DNA from: Candidatus Caccovivens sp.
GTDB taxonomy: Bacteria > Bacillota > Clostridia > Christensenellales > UBA1242
Reading direction: 5' to 3'
Length of the DNA stretch: 64,000 nt
Assembly (NCBI GenBank): GCA_045650745.1
Contig: JAZRRN010000041.1
Span: 17,507 to 81,506, forward strand
A program made the position numbers and the translations under genes. Numbering within the stretch: the first letter of the stretch is position 1; the number at the start of each line of letters is the position of its first letter. Shown here one piece after another: positions 44,461 to 54,773 of the stretch. The notes under the pieces are model-generated. The model was not told the DNA's origin. It searched no databases and was given only the letters and a program-made list of their open reading frames with translations.

Positions 44461-47400
44461 TTAAATGTCAACTTTTATAAGTTTTGAATGCTTTAATGAC
44501 AACAAATAAACATCATTTATTTGCTTAGAAAATGCATTTTTTAACGAATTTTTGTATAATTTTAATTGATTTTTATATTTATCCACAAGATAGTCATCAC
44601 TTGTAGAATTTGAATATTTATAGTCAATCAAAACTATTTCATCACCTTTGACAACAAACAAGTCGATGATGCCCTGAACAAAAATTTCGTCTTTTTCAAC
44701 TTCGCCTTCAATCAAATTGCAGATGCTGTCTTTTGTGATAAAATCTTTTTCTTTAAACACAACACCATCTCCAACAACCTGTTTAAGAAGCAAAATGTTG
44801 TGCAAAAGCACCTTTTCATCAATCAAATTTACACCTTCTTGCAAAACATCATTCCATTTTTGCAATTCTTGCTGCAAAGTTTGCTCGTCACTCACTTTTG
44901 CAAAATCAATCAACTTCAAAGCCAAGTGATAAGCATTTCCAATTTCAACCATATTATTTGAAAAAACAAAATTGTCATTTGAATATTTAAAAAGTTTTTC
45001 TTCGTCGTGTTTGTTTGACAATCCTGTTACACTTTCTTTAAGCTTAAAGTTTTTAATTCTGCTATATTTATATTCGAAATTGAGATATTTTTCGATTTTT
45101 TGCACAATTTCTTGATCAAACTCGGCCATTTCAAACGATTGCTTTTCTGCAAATGATTTTTCTTGGTCAAGCCCAACAAAAGAAATTTTTGTGTTTTCAT
45201 CTTCATATCTGCCATTTGCCATCAATTCAAACTTTTCTTTTTTCAATGCATAGAAAATCAAGTCGAAATAACAGTCACATTCATCAAGCGTTTTATCTTC
45301 AAAAATCTTATCGTTGAATTCGCCAAAAAGATACAAGCGATTTTTTGGTCTTGTAAGTGCCACATAAAAAATCATAAGTTCTTCGATAAACTCTTTTTTC
45401 TTTTTTGACTCTTTGATTGCTTTCATTCGCACCGAATCAACCGAAGTGTTTTCTTCTTGATCAAAAAGCTTTGCAGCAAAACCAAATCTCTCGTTGATGC
45501 TCATCGTTGACTTTGTGTCATTTTTTCTTATCTTTTTGTCGCACTCTGCCATAAACACAATTGGATATTCCAACCCTTTGCTGTTGTGGATTGTTGTAAG
45601 CAAAACAGCATCGCCAATTGAAGATGGTTGCGATTGAACAGTGATTTTCACACTTTCGAAATAATTGATAAGCCCTGGCAAATCATACCCCAAATCACAG
45701 GCATCAATTTCTGACAAAAATGTGTCTATATAATTGTTGAGATTGTGTTGGTTTGGCTTTGTGTTTATGTAAGCACGATAATTAACCTTGTCAAAAAGTT
45801 TCAACAATGCACTTCTTGCACCAAAAATTTGAATATTTTTTGAAAATTCTGAGATTGTTTGCTTAAATTTGCTATACAATCCACTTTCGTTTTCAACAAC
45901 CAACTGACAAAGCGATTTTTCTGTTGTTGATTTTTCTTTGACAACTTCAAAAAAGTCAACATTTCCAAATGGCGAATTTATCACGCTCAACAGCGCAATA
46001 TCGTCATCAACATTCAATGCAATTTTGAGAAGATTGAGCAAAACTTGAATTTCTGGCTCTTCCAACAAAACATTTTTTGAGTTTGAAACCACAGGGACTC
46101 CACTTTCAATCAAAAACTTTTCAAGTTGGTTGAACAATCCATTTCTTTCTCTAAACAAAATCGCAATATCTTTGTATTGACACTTTCTGAGTTGTTTGTT
46201 TTCGTAAATAGAAGTCTGCATAACTTCAACAATTTTGTTTCTAATGTCAACAAGCTGTGCAATTTTCTTTTCTTTTACAACAAGTTCGTCATCTTTGACG
46301 CTGTAAATTTGAGGCAACTCTTTTTCTGGGATTTTTTCTTCTTCAATCAAATCAATGTTGATTGCTTTTTGCCCATCTTCGCCAAAAGGAACAAACTCTT
46401 TAAGCATTGCATCTTTTTTATAGTCAATGCCACAATATTCTTTTGTCATGCAAACTTCAAAAATCTTGTTTACAAACGACAAAATATGTTGACTGCTTCT
46501 AAAATTTGTTTTAAGGTTTTTGACAGTAGAATTTTCGTCTTTTGAAAAATCTTCTGTATCTTTCAAAAAGATTTCAAAACTTGCAAGTCTAAAACCATAA
46601 ATCCCTTGTTTTGCATCGCCAACTGCAACAAAATTGCAATTTTTTGCAACATTTTTGACAATTCGCTCTTGCATTTTGTTTGTATCTTGATATTCGTCAA
46701 CAAAAACATACTTGAGATTTGCAAACAAATCTTCTTGCTTTGACAAAATGCTCATATATTTTTCAAAGTCAGAAAATGTAAGACAATTTTTAAGTTTTTT
46801 GAGTTCTTCTTGCTCTTTTTCGTAGATATCAAAAAGTTTGAGCAACAATTTTTCAAATTCTCCAGCTCTTTGCTTGTCAACATTGACTTTGTCTTTCAAA
46901 TCAAGTTTTTCAACTTCGTCTATCATTTTTTTGACAGAATCTTTGATTTTTCCTGCAGCAGTTGCAATTTCTTTTCCATACAATTTGTCGCTTGGTTTGT
47001 TTGGATATTTCAAACATTCTTTAAGATCAACAATTTCAAACAAATCTTTTGCATTCAAAATCGGCAAAATGGTTGCACGGACTTTATCATAATAATCTTC
47101 GACATGCAAACACTCCAAACTGTGCAATTTTGCTTTTATTTTTTCTTTCAAGTTTTCACACAAAAATTGCAACGCTTGATCAAAATAAGTTTCCATATTT
47201 TTGACATTGTTTGTCAAAAACTCTTCTTTGTCAGAAACAGAATTTGCCAATTCTTCAATGCCAAACATCATGGTTTTGATTTTTTCTTTGTCATTTTTGA
47301 AAATTTCAACCAAAAGTTGATAGTCGGCAGAATGACATTCTTTCATTTTTTCAAAAGCACGCACAAATGCTGTTGATTTCAATTTGTTTGCAGCGTTTTC

Positions 47401-47772
47401 ATCCAAAACTTCAAAACTTTCGTTTATATCAAGCAAATTTGCGTATTTTTTTATACATTTTTCGCAATAAGCATGGATTGTGCAAATGTTGGCAGTTGAC
47501 AAATTGTCAATTTGCTCAACAACAAACAAATCTTTTTGAGATTCTTCTTTCAATTTTTTGAGCAACCTTTCTTTCATTTCGGTCGCAGCAGCTTTTGTAT
47601 ATGTGAGCACCAACAATTGTTGCACTGGGATTCGCTGTTTGACAACAAGTTGAGCGACATATTCAATCATAATAAAAGTCTTGCCACTGCCTGCAGAGGC
47701 ACTGACCAACATGTTTTTTTTGTCATTTTCCAAAACAGCCAATTGTTCTGGAATCGGATCTCTTTTTGCCAT
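44461..47772 (-). CDS. addA: ATP-dependent helicase/nuclease subunit A
   Basis: VSASAGSGKTF Walker A and UvrD-like motifs. C-terminal RecB-type nuclease GIIDLFVVKGDEIVLIDYKYS. The ATG overlaps the addB stop (TAATG). Confidence 0.9.
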   Translation of the reverse strand: MAKRDPIPEQLAVLENDKKNMLVSASAGSGKTFIMIEYVAQLVVKQRIPVQQLLVLTYTKAAATEMKERLLKKLKEESQKDLFVVEQIDNLSTANICTIHAYCEKCIKKYANLLDINESFEVLDENAANKLKSTAFVRAFEKMKECHSADYQLLVEIFKNDKEKIKTMMFGIEELANSVSDKEEFLTNNVKNMETYFDQALQFLCENLKEKIKAKLHSLECLHVEDYYDKVRATILPILNAKDLFEIVDLKECLKYPNKPSDKLYGKEIATAAGKIKDSVKKMIDEVEKLDLKDKVNVDKQRAGEFEKLLLKLFDIYEKEQEELKKLKNCLTFSDFEKYMSILSKQEDLFANLKYVFVDEYQDTNKMQERIVKNVAKNCNFVAVGDAKQGIYGFRLASFEIFLKDTEDFSKDENSTVKNLKTNFRSSQHILSFVNKIFEVCMTKEYCGIDYKKDAMLKEFVPFGEDGQKAINIDLIEEEKIPEKELPQIYSVKDDELVVKEKKIAQLVDIRNKIVEVMQTSIYENKQLRKCQYKDIAILFRERNGLFNQLEKFLIESGVPVVSNSKNVLLEEPEIQVLLNLLKIALNVDDDIALLSVINSPFGNVDFFEVVKEKSTTEKSLCQLVVENESGLYSKFKQTISEFSKNIQIFGARSALLKLFDKVNYRAYINTKPNQHNLNNYIDTFLSEIDACDLGYDLPGLINYFESVKITVQSQPSSIGDAVLLTTIHNSKGLEYPIVFMAECDKKIRKNDTKSTMSINERFGFAAKLFDQEENTSVDSVRMKAIKESKKKKEFIEELMIFYVALTRPKNRLYLFGEFNDKIFEDKTLDECDCYFDLIFYALKKEKFELMANGRYEDENTKISFVGLDQEKSFAEKQSFEMAEFDQEIVQKIEKYLNFEYKYSRIKNFKLKESVTGLSNKHDEEKLFKYSNDNFVFSNNMVEIGNAYHLALKLIDFAKVSDEQTLQQELQKWNDVLQEGVNLIDEKVLLHNILLLKQVVGDGVVFKEKDFITKDSICNLIEGEVEKDEIFVQGIIDLFVVKGDEIVLIDYKYSNSTSDDYLVDKYKNQLKLYKNSLKNAFSKQINDVYLLSLKHSKLIKVDI

Positions 47773-50700
47773 TATTCTCCCAAATTTATTTTTTCGACTT
47801 TTTGCAAAATTCTATAACCATTCAAAGGTCTATGCTTGCAGATTGATCCATACGGACACCCTTCGCACTTGCCTTCATAAGGTTTGTCTTTCATATACCC
47901 CTGACCAATTTCTTCAATTGCCCCTTGCGAAACTTTTGTCGCATAATCAAAAAGCATATCAAAATCTTCAACAGGGCTTCCATACTTAAACGCAAATGTT
48001 TGTTTTCCATCTTCTTTCTTTCTGGCCATGCCGATAATATCACTTTTTGATCCTTCATCAAACAAACGGCGATCGGAATTTTCGACAACATCGTTATCTT
48101 TTTTTGTAAGCCCTCTAAACAAATTTTCATTCTGTGCACTTTGCGTTTTATAATTTGTGTTGCATTTAAAATAATACAACCCTGCACACAATTTGCCCAA
48201 CTTGCGTTGAGCTTCTTTTCCATACAAAAACAGTTGCAATTTGTTTCCATAATACAAATCTTTCAAAACACTGCCAACATTGCCTGTTTTGTAATCTAAA
48301 ATTCTAAAATAATTGCCACACACATCAATTCTGTCAACTCTGCCCACAAGTTTGACATCTTTCGCAATCGGTCCACTTACAAATTCTTCCAATTTGTCTG
48401 GTCTAAAATTGCTGTTTGCTTGCTCATAAACCACAGATTTCAAAATTATCACACTTTCGTTTCGCAAATAAGAAACAAAACTCTTTTTTGAAATTATCTT
48501 TTCATCATAATGGTTTTTTGCAATAAGCATAAAGTTTTCGTCTAAAAATCTTTCAATCCCCTTTGCATCAACTTTTGAAACATCAAAGTTGTTGTCTGTA
48601 ACAAATTTTTCAATCAAAGCGTGTTGAAAATTTCCAAACAAAAGTTTTGATGGTTGAATGTTGTTTTTTTGTTTAACTCCCAAAATATAGTTTACAAAAT
48701 GATTGAATGGACAATCAAAATATTTTTCAAGTCTAGAAGCAGAAACCGTGCCTTTTGCAAAAGCAACTTTGCTTGCGATTTCTTTTGGCAACATTTCAAA
48801 TTCGACAGATTTTGTCACACTGCTTTCTGCCAAATGTGCAAGTTCGCCAGCAAAATTTTTTGGCAAGTTGTCATTTGCCTTCAATTTGGTGTAAGCATTT
48901 GAAAGGTTTGTTTTGTTGCCCAAATATCTCAAAAGATTGCTCAACATCTCTTCTTTTGTCAAGATTGGTGTTTCAATCTTTTCAAACGCAATTGTGTGAG
49001 AAATGTTATTTCCAAACATAATCTTCAAATCTTCAACAAAACTTGCTTGTTGCGAAATTTGTCCATCTTCTGCAACTGGTTGACAGATGATGAGTTTGTT
49101 TTTTGCGTGTTGCAAACATTCAAACAATTTCAATCTGCTTCGGCGATTTAAAACCTTGATTTCTGGCTCCAATCTAAAATTCAACTTCAATTTTTCGATG
49201 TCTGCATCATCAATAATCCCAACATCACCTTGTGTGCGAGGAAGAGCGTTTGCAGTCGCCCCCAAAACAATCAATGTTGACACATCTTCAAAATAACTGC
49301 CTGTCGCATCGCCTACATAAACTGCATCTACATAAGATGGAATCGTTTCCACTTTTACGCTTTCAAGCGACAACGCAAACAAGTTTTCAAAATCCAACAA
49401 ATCAATTTTGTCTTGATCTCCAAGCTGGGCAAGTTTGTCAAGCACTGCAACGATCAAATCTTTTGCTTGAGAGTTTTCGCTTTCTTGTTTAAACAATTCT
49501 TCTTGATGCAAAGTTTCAAGCATCTTGCAATAATTTTCTTCAACATTTTGAATAATTTCTTTCAAAATTGCTGCAAAATCAGCACATTTTTTGCATTTTT
49601 TCAGATTTTTAATCGCAGAGATAATGTTGTGCAGTTGATCAAATCTTTGCACAAATTCGTTTTCGTCTTCGACATCATAATACCAGATGTCTGACAAAAT
49701 TTGTTGCTTGCTTAAACATTCCGTCAATGGGTGCGAAACCAAATATTGCAACGACTCTTTGTCAAAACCAAGTTTTGCAATTTGCAAAAGTTTTGTCAAA
49801 AATCTGCCCAAAATTGTGTGCGACAAATTTACTGCATCATCGCAATAATATGTGATGTCATATTGCGAAAAAACCTCTTTGATTTTGTCGTAATAAATCG
49901 GATCAGAAACAGCAATTGCAAAATCTTTAAATCTGCCACCTTGCCACACTTGATGTTTTATGTGTTTTGCAGCAAATTCGACTTCATCTTGTCTGTTTTG
50001 TGCAATCACATTGGCAAAATAGTTTTTATCTTCGCCCTTTTCCACATCAAACGAAAAAAGGTTTTTGACAAGTTTCAATCTGTTGCCTGTCAAAGCTGTT
50101 GGTTTGTTTTCAATTTCCACCAAAACTGAATTTTCTAGAGAAAACTTTTTCACTTTTTCAAAAATGTCATCTTCATAAATAAATGCATTGCCAACCGAAA
50201 TTGGTTTTGCCATGCCTATGTATGTCGAATTGACAGCTGCTGCCAATTTGCAAATAAACAAACTGATCTCTGTTGAAAAACTGTCAAAGTTGACAAAAAA
50301 CAAATTTATATTTGACAAATCAAGCTGATTTTCTGCATTTTTTGCAAAAAAATCAAGCATTTTTGACAAGTCGAGGCGTTCGCCAAGCAAATCCTCATAT
50401 TTTTGATAAACAAGCCTTAAATCAGCCATTTTTCTATCCAGAAGTTGATCCCCAACTTTTTTGATAGCACCAGGCAAAACTTTGCAAGCTTTGAATTGTT
50501 TTATTATTTTCAAGATTTTAATACAAAAATCAACACTGCATTTTTTGAAATATTCAAATTTATCTTCGCATTCTTTCACTGCTTTGAAAATAACAAAAAC
50601 TTCTTCAAGCCCACTGATTCTTTGAAATGGAATGTTGTTTTTTCTCAAAATGCTGCTGGCAAGTTTTGAAATGCCAACCACCTTTGCATTGAACACCGAT

Positions 50701-50861
50701 TTTGTGCCAAGCACATCAAAAAGCAAATTTTCTGCTTGCATAGAAAAAGTATCGGGCACAACAACAAGGTTGTCCTTTGTCAAATCCTTTGCATCAACAT
50801 ATTGCAAGGTGTTTATTGCAGCTTCATAAGCTGTTGCACCTTCCACCAATTTGATTTTCAT
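47772..50861 (-). CDS. addB: Helicase/nuclease subunit B (AddB/RexB type)
   Basis: C-terminal GRVDRID...ILDYKTG nuclease, and Cys ligands CPFNHF...CEGCPYGSIC as in the AddB Fe-S domain. The N-terminus lacks GxxGxGKT. ATG 50861 preferred over TTG 50867. Confidence 0.85.
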   Translation of the reverse strand: MKIKLVEGATAYEAAINTLQYVDAKDLTKDNLVVVPDTFSMQAENLLFDVLGTKSVFNAKVVGISKLASSILRKNNIPFQRISGLEEVFVIFKAVKECEDKFEYFKKCSVDFCIKILKIIKQFKACKVLPGAIKKVGDQLLDRKMADLRLVYQKYEDLLGERLDLSKMLDFFAKNAENQLDLSNINLFFVNFDSFSTEISLFICKLAAAVNSTYIGMAKPISVGNAFIYEDDIFEKVKKFSLENSVLVEIENKPTALTGNRLKLVKNLFSFDVEKGEDKNYFANVIAQNRQDEVEFAAKHIKHQVWQGGRFKDFAIAVSDPIYYDKIKEVFSQYDITYYCDDAVNLSHTILGRFLTKLLQIAKLGFDKESLQYLVSHPLTECLSKQQILSDIWYYDVEDENEFVQRFDQLHNIISAIKNLKKCKKCADFAAILKEIIQNVEENYCKMLETLHQEELFKQESENSQAKDLIVAVLDKLAQLGDQDKIDLLDFENLFALSLESVKVETIPSYVDAVYVGDATGSYFEDVSTLIVLGATANALPRTQGDVGIIDDADIEKLKLNFRLEPEIKVLNRRSRLKLFECLQHAKNKLIICQPVAEDGQISQQASFVEDLKIMFGNNISHTIAFEKIETPILTKEEMLSNLLRYLGNKTNLSNAYTKLKANDNLPKNFAGELAHLAESSVTKSVEFEMLPKEIASKVAFAKGTVSASRLEKYFDCPFNHFVNYILGVKQKNNIQPSKLLFGNFQHALIEKFVTDNNFDVSKVDAKGIERFLDENFMLIAKNHYDEKIISKKSFVSYLRNESVIILKSVVYEQANSNFRPDKLEEFVSGPIAKDVKLVGRVDRIDVCGNYFRILDYKTGNVGSVLKDLYYGNKLQLFLYGKEAQRKLGKLCAGLYYFKCNTNYKTQSAQNENLFRGLTKKDNDVVENSDRRLFDEGSKSDIIGMARKKEDGKQTFAFKYGSPVEDFDMLFDYATKVSQGAIEEIGQGYMKDKPYEGKCEGCPYGSICKHRPLNGYRILQKVEKINLGE

Positions 50862-50867
50862 ATTCAA

Positions 50868-50878
50868 ATTTTACCACA
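50868..50878 (-). promoter_or_regulatory. Extended -10 (TGTGGTAAAAT) 6 nt from the addB ATG: leaderless candidate
   Basis: Minus strand TGTGGTAAAAT-ttgaat-ATG(50861), with no SD. Confidence 0.45.
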
Positions 50879-50885
50879 ACAACAC

Positions 50886-51641
50886 CTACAAATCAAACTC
50901 TTTTTTGTTTTTGAAGTTGTTTTGTTGCGAGTTTTGGACAAAATGATCTTTAAGCTGTTGCTGCCTGCTTCTTCTCTTGCTTAACTGCTCGCTCAAAAAA
51001 TAATTTTCTTCTTTCAACTTTTCAACTTCGCTTTTCAAAATCAAAATTTGTTGTTCTTTTTCCGAAATCGCTTTTGCTGCTTTTTTGATTGCCAAATTTG
51101 CACCAAGTTTTTCTTCTTTAATCTTCGCCTCGACTTCTTCTGTGGCAGATTTTTTAACCAATTTCACAAGTCCCAAAAACAAACTGTTGATTTCTTCCTC
51201 TCCCAAAAGAGTCTGCTTTCTAAACACCACAACATTGTCTGCTTTGACAGATCTTCTTTTCAAAGATTGATATTTGTTTTGAATCCTTGTCATAACAACC
51301 AAATCTCCACCACTCAACTTTTCGCACGCAGCCCTGACAGACATACCTTTTGCAGTAAGTTGCCCAATTTGTCCAAGCAACTTCTTTTCTGCTTCTGCAT
51401 CAAACCTCACAAATTGAAATTTTTGATGCTTGGTCAAATCAATATTCAACCTTTTGCACCTGTCCACATCTTTTTGCAGATTGTCCACTTCTTGATAATA
51501 ATAATTTCGCACGCTGTTTGCTTTTCTTGAAAAATTCTTTGCGTGATCTTCAAATGCAAATCTAAGCGAAGTCGAATTTTTTCTGCATTTTTCCACCATT
51601 CCAAACAACGAAACAACTTCTTTGTCACTCCAAATTTTCAT
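50886..51641 (-). CDS. Myb/SANT-like (RsfA-like) N-terminal domain + coiled-coil protein
   Basis: MKIWSDKEVVSLFGMVEKCRKNSTSLRFAFEDHAKNFSRKANSVRNYYYQEV has the W..E...L....AF.....R....VRN.Y pattern of RsfA/Myb-type HTH domains. ATG 51641 follows GGAGAGGTG. Confidence 0.4.
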   Translation of the reverse strand: MKIWSDKEVVSLFGMVEKCRKNSTSLRFAFEDHAKNFSRKANSVRNYYYQEVDNLQKDVDRCKRLNIDLTKHQKFQFVRFDAEAEKKLLGQIGQLTAKGMSVRAACEKLSGGDLVVMTRIQNKYQSLKRRSVKADNVVVFRKQTLLGEEEINSLFLGLVKLVKKSATEEVEAKIKEEKLGANLAIKKAAKAISEKEQQILILKSEVEKLKEENYFLSEQLSKRRSRQQQLKDHFVQNSQQNNFKNKKEFDL

Positions 51642-51752
51642 AATCACCTCTCCAAAGATTTTTGACAAAATAAAAATTTTTAATCGTAAAAAAAACACTT
51701 CACATTTGAAGTGCTTTAATACATTGAAAAACATTGATAATGTGTGCAATTT

Positions 51753-52481
51753 TTACGACAAAATGCCAATCATTTTAAGTTTTTTGTCAAATCTAGCATC
51801 AAAATTGCGCACCAAAACTCTAAGCAGTCCATTTTCGCTTTCTTGCGCAAGTTTGACTGTGCCCAATTTTTCTAAATCTGTGTTTTTGATCACTTTGAGC
51901 GCACTGAGTGTTGTGGAGGCAAGTTCTTCACACCCCCAACCTTTGCAACCCGAGCAAACAAGTGATCCATCTTTGTAGTCAATCCAAAGTTTGTCAAAAA
52001 CTTTGCTGTCACAACAACTGCACTTATCCACATTGAGTGGAGACCCAACAATGGCAAAAAGTTCGATCAAAAATTTGTCGAGTATGTAAAGTGGCTGCAC
52101 TTTGCCAAAACACAAAGCTTTCAAACACTTGAGCAACATCACAAACACTTGTGTTTGTTCGGCCTGCGAAGAAAAATCGATCGCATTGACAATTTCAAGC
52201 ATCGCAGTGCCTTCAAAATACTTGTCCACATCATCACCAAGCTCGTGAAAAGTTTCAATTGCATCAAATCCTGTGACAATTTTGCCCATTTTGCCATCTT
52301 CAAGCATAAATTCGCCAAAACAAAACGGATTTTGTGCGATTTTCATCTTTGCAGTTGGGCTTTTGACCCCTTTCAAAGTCGCCCAAACCTTGCCTTGTTC
52401 GATAGAAAAAAGAAGAATATTTTTATCCTTCTCCTTTCTGTCATTTGACCTTATAACAATTGCTTGAAGTTTTTGCGTCAT
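51753..52481 (-). CDS. recO: DNA repair protein RecO
   Basis: N-terminal OB-like IVIRSNDRKEKDKNILLFSIEQGK and zinc motif CSCC...CSGC. Follows a yqzL-like ORF, as in Bacilli. Confidence 0.8.
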   Translation of the reverse strand: MTQKLQAIVIRSNDRKEKDKNILLFSIEQGKVWATLKGVKSPTAKMKIAQNPFCFGEFMLEDGKMGKIVTGFDAIETFHELGDDVDKYFEGTAMLEIVNAIDFSSQAEQTQVFVMLLKCLKALCFGKVQPLYILDKFLIELFAIVGSPLNVDKCSCCDSKVFDKLWIDYKDGSLVCSGCKGWGCEELASTTLSALKVIKNTDLEKLGTVKLAQESENGLLRVLVRNFDARFDKKLKMIGILS

Positions 52482-52491
52482 AAAAAAACCT

Positions 52492-52632
52492 TTACTTTTC
52501 TTTTGTAGAAAGCAACGCTCTTTGCTTGTTGCGTGTTTGCACCAAATCCTGAATAATATAAGGATTGCCGTTGGACATCTTAAAAAATTCCCAAGTCATC
52601 TCTTCGTCAATGTTTGAAAAACCTTTTTTCAT
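52492..52632 (-). CDS. YqzL-like small protein (46 aa), not in ORF track
   Basis: Hand translation: MKKGFSNIDEEMTWEFFKMSNGNPYIIQDLVQTRNKQRALLSTKEK. SD AAGGAGG lies 6 nt upstream. Both the position directly upstream of recO and the W.FF...G....Y..D pattern match the YqzL family. Confidence 0.6.
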   Translation of the reverse strand: MKKGFSNIDEEMTWEFFKMSNGNPYIIQDLVQTRNKQRALLSTKEK

Positions 52633-52764
52633 GGCCTACCTCCTTGCTATTATTTTGTGCGATTGGCACTCTTTATATTCTTATTTTAATTCAACAAGCA
52701 AAAAATCTCCAAACAATTTTCAGAAAAATATGTAGTGTGCCAAATTTTTGTTTGGCACATTTTT

Positions 52765-53262
52765 TTACAATCTTGTGATTGTAAGATTTGCCGAACCAAA
52801 GGTTACGAGCTCTGCAGAAGTGTTAACCAAAGTCAAAGTGCTTGTTTGTGGAATATCCAAAATTGCTGTCTGTCCGAGATTTACAAGAGTCCCTTCAGCT
52901 TGAGTCTCAGTCGCAACTGTGTTTGCAATCTGCACTCCGTTTAAGTTGAGAGCTGTCGAAACAGTGCCTCCTTCCGGAGTTGTCGCTCCAACATTGTAAT
53001 TGACCAAATATCTGCCTGCAAGCAAATTTACTCCACCTGGCACAGTCGTGCTTGGCGAAATTGTTGTCCCGTTTGATCTGATCAAAGCAAGGGGCACAAC
53101 ATCTCCTGTTTCAACAGTCCCTCCAGTGCTTGCAAAAAATCCAAATTGAGTTGTTTGCGAAGTCACTGTTGGATTTACAACAAAATTGGGAGAGCTCGAA
53201 AAACAGCAACAAGTGACTGGCATTGGAAAGTTTCTTCTGCAGCAATTGTTTCTTGAATACAT
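52765..53262 (-). CDS. Cys-rich N-terminus + BclA-C-terminal/C1q-like domain protein (no collagen repeats)
   Basis: N-terminus MYSRNNCCRRNFPMPVTCCCF. The rest (GDVVPLALIRSNGTTI...LLAGRYLVNYNV...LNLNGVQIANT...TLTLVN...ANLTITRL) follows the strand pattern of the BclA C-terminal domain. It has its own promoter, SD and terminator. Confidence 0.5.
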   Translation of the reverse strand: MYSRNNCCRRNFPMPVTCCCFSSSPNFVVNPTVTSQTTQFGFFASTGGTVETGDVVPLALIRSNGTTISPSTTVPGGVNLLAGRYLVNYNVGATTPEGGTVSTALNLNGVQIANTVATETQAEGTLVNLGQTAILDIPQTSTLTLVNTSAELVTFGSANLTITRL

Positions 53263-53369
53263 ATTTTTCTCCTAGATGACTTGATCAAAGCCATCTATTT
53301 TCATCTTATGCCCAAAACAAAAAAGTGTGCAAGGGCCAACAAAAAAAGAGGCAAACACCTCTTTTTTTA

Positions 53370-54758
53370 TTAACCAAAAATTCCACCAACAGTTCTTGGG
53401 AAGATTTCGACATCTCTGATGTTTGAAACACCTGTCAAATACATAACAAGTCTTTCAAAACCAATGCCATATCCTGAGTGAACATTTGTGCCATATCTTC
53501 TTGTGTCGATATACCAAGAATAATCTTCTTCTTTGAGATTGAGTTCGGCAAGTCTTGCTCTGAGTTTGTCAAGGCGTTCTTCTCTTTGACTTCCACCAAC
53601 AAGTTCGCCAATGCCAGGCACAAGCAAGTCAACAGCAGCAACTGTTTTGCCGTCATCATTTTGTCTCATATAAAACGCTTTGATGTCTTTTGGATAGTTT
53701 TTCAAGAAAACTGGTTTTTTGAAAACTTCTTCTGTCAAATATCTTTCGTGTTCGGATTGCAAATCTACACCCCACTTAACAGGGAAAGCAAAGTTTTTGT
53801 CTGCTTTAAGGAGCAAATCAATTGCTTCTGTATAGTCAAGTCTGATAAAGTCGCTTTCAACAACATTTGTCAATCTTTCCAAAAGTCCTGTGTCAACAAA
53901 CTTGTTCAAAAATTCAAGTTCGGTTGGGCATTCTTGCATAACATATTTGATGACATACTTAATCACATCTTCTTCGTTGTTCATAAGTTCTTCCAAATCA
54001 CAGAAACAGATTTCAGGTTCCATCATCCAAAACTCTGCAGCATGGCGAGATGTGTTTGAATTTTCTGCTCTGAAAGTTGGTCCAAATGTGTAAGTTTTTC
54101 CAAACGCATGAGTGAGTGTTTCTTCGTGGATTTGTCCAGAAACTGTGAGTGCAACCTTTTTGCCAAAGAAATCTTGGCTGTAATCAACCTTGCCGTCTTT
54201 GATTGGCAAGTTGTCAAGATCAAGTGTTGTCACTTGAAACATTTCGCCAGCACCTTCGCAGTCGTTTGCTGTGATGATTGGTGTGTGAATGTAAACAAAG
54301 TTTCTTTCATTGAAAAACTTGTGGATTGCAAATGCTGCAACCGAACGAATTCTAAACACAGCATTAAACAAATTGCCTCTTGCTCTGATTGTTGGGATTG
54401 TACGCAAAAATTCGATTGTGTGTCTTTTCTTTTGAAGTGGATAGTCCAATTCGCAAGAGCCCAAAATTTCAACAGAAGTTGCGTTTACTTCAAATGGTTG
54501 TTGTGCATTTGGTGTAACAATCAATTTTCCTCTTACGCAAAATGATGTGCCAACATTTTCTTTTACGATTGAATCAAAGTTTGCAAGCTTTTCTCTTTCA
54601 CAAACAATTTGAACACTTTTGAAAGCACCATCATTAAGTTCGATAAATCCAATGTTTTTTGAGTCACGGACAGTCCTTGCCCAGCCACAAAGTGTGATTT
54701 CTTGACCTTCATAACTTTGATATGCTTTATACAAATCTCTAATTTCGATTCTTTTCAT
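53370..54758 (-). CDS. asnS: Asparagine--tRNA ligase
   Basis: 462 aa: N-terminal OB fold, class II motifs [21 protein letters not shown] and GGSQREER, and C-terminal [12 protein letters not shown]. Confidence 0.9.
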   Translation of the reverse strand: MKRIEIRDLYKAYQSYEGQEITLCGWARTVRDSKNIGFIELNDGAFKSVQIVCEREKLANFDSIVKENVGTSFCVRGKLIVTPNAQQPFEVNATSVEILGSCELDYPLQKKRHTIEFLRTIPTIRARGNLFNAVFRIRSVAAFAIHKFFNERNFVYIHTPIITANDCEGAGEMFQVTTLDLDNLPIKDGKVDYSQDFFGKKVALTVSGQIHEETLTHAFGKTYTFGPTFRAENSNTSRHAAEFWMMEPEICFCDLEELMNNEEDVIKYVIKYVMQECPTELEFLNKFVDTGLLERLTNVVESDFIRLDYTEAIDLLLKADKNFAFPVKWGVDLQSEHERYLTEEVFKKPVFLKNYPKDIKAFYMRQNDDGKTVAAVDLLVPGIGELVGGSQREERLDKLRARLAELNLKEEDYSWYIDTRRYGTNVHSGYGIGFERLVMYLTGVSNIRDVEIFPRTVGGIFG

Positions 54759-54773
54759 TTCTTCTCCTTCAAA

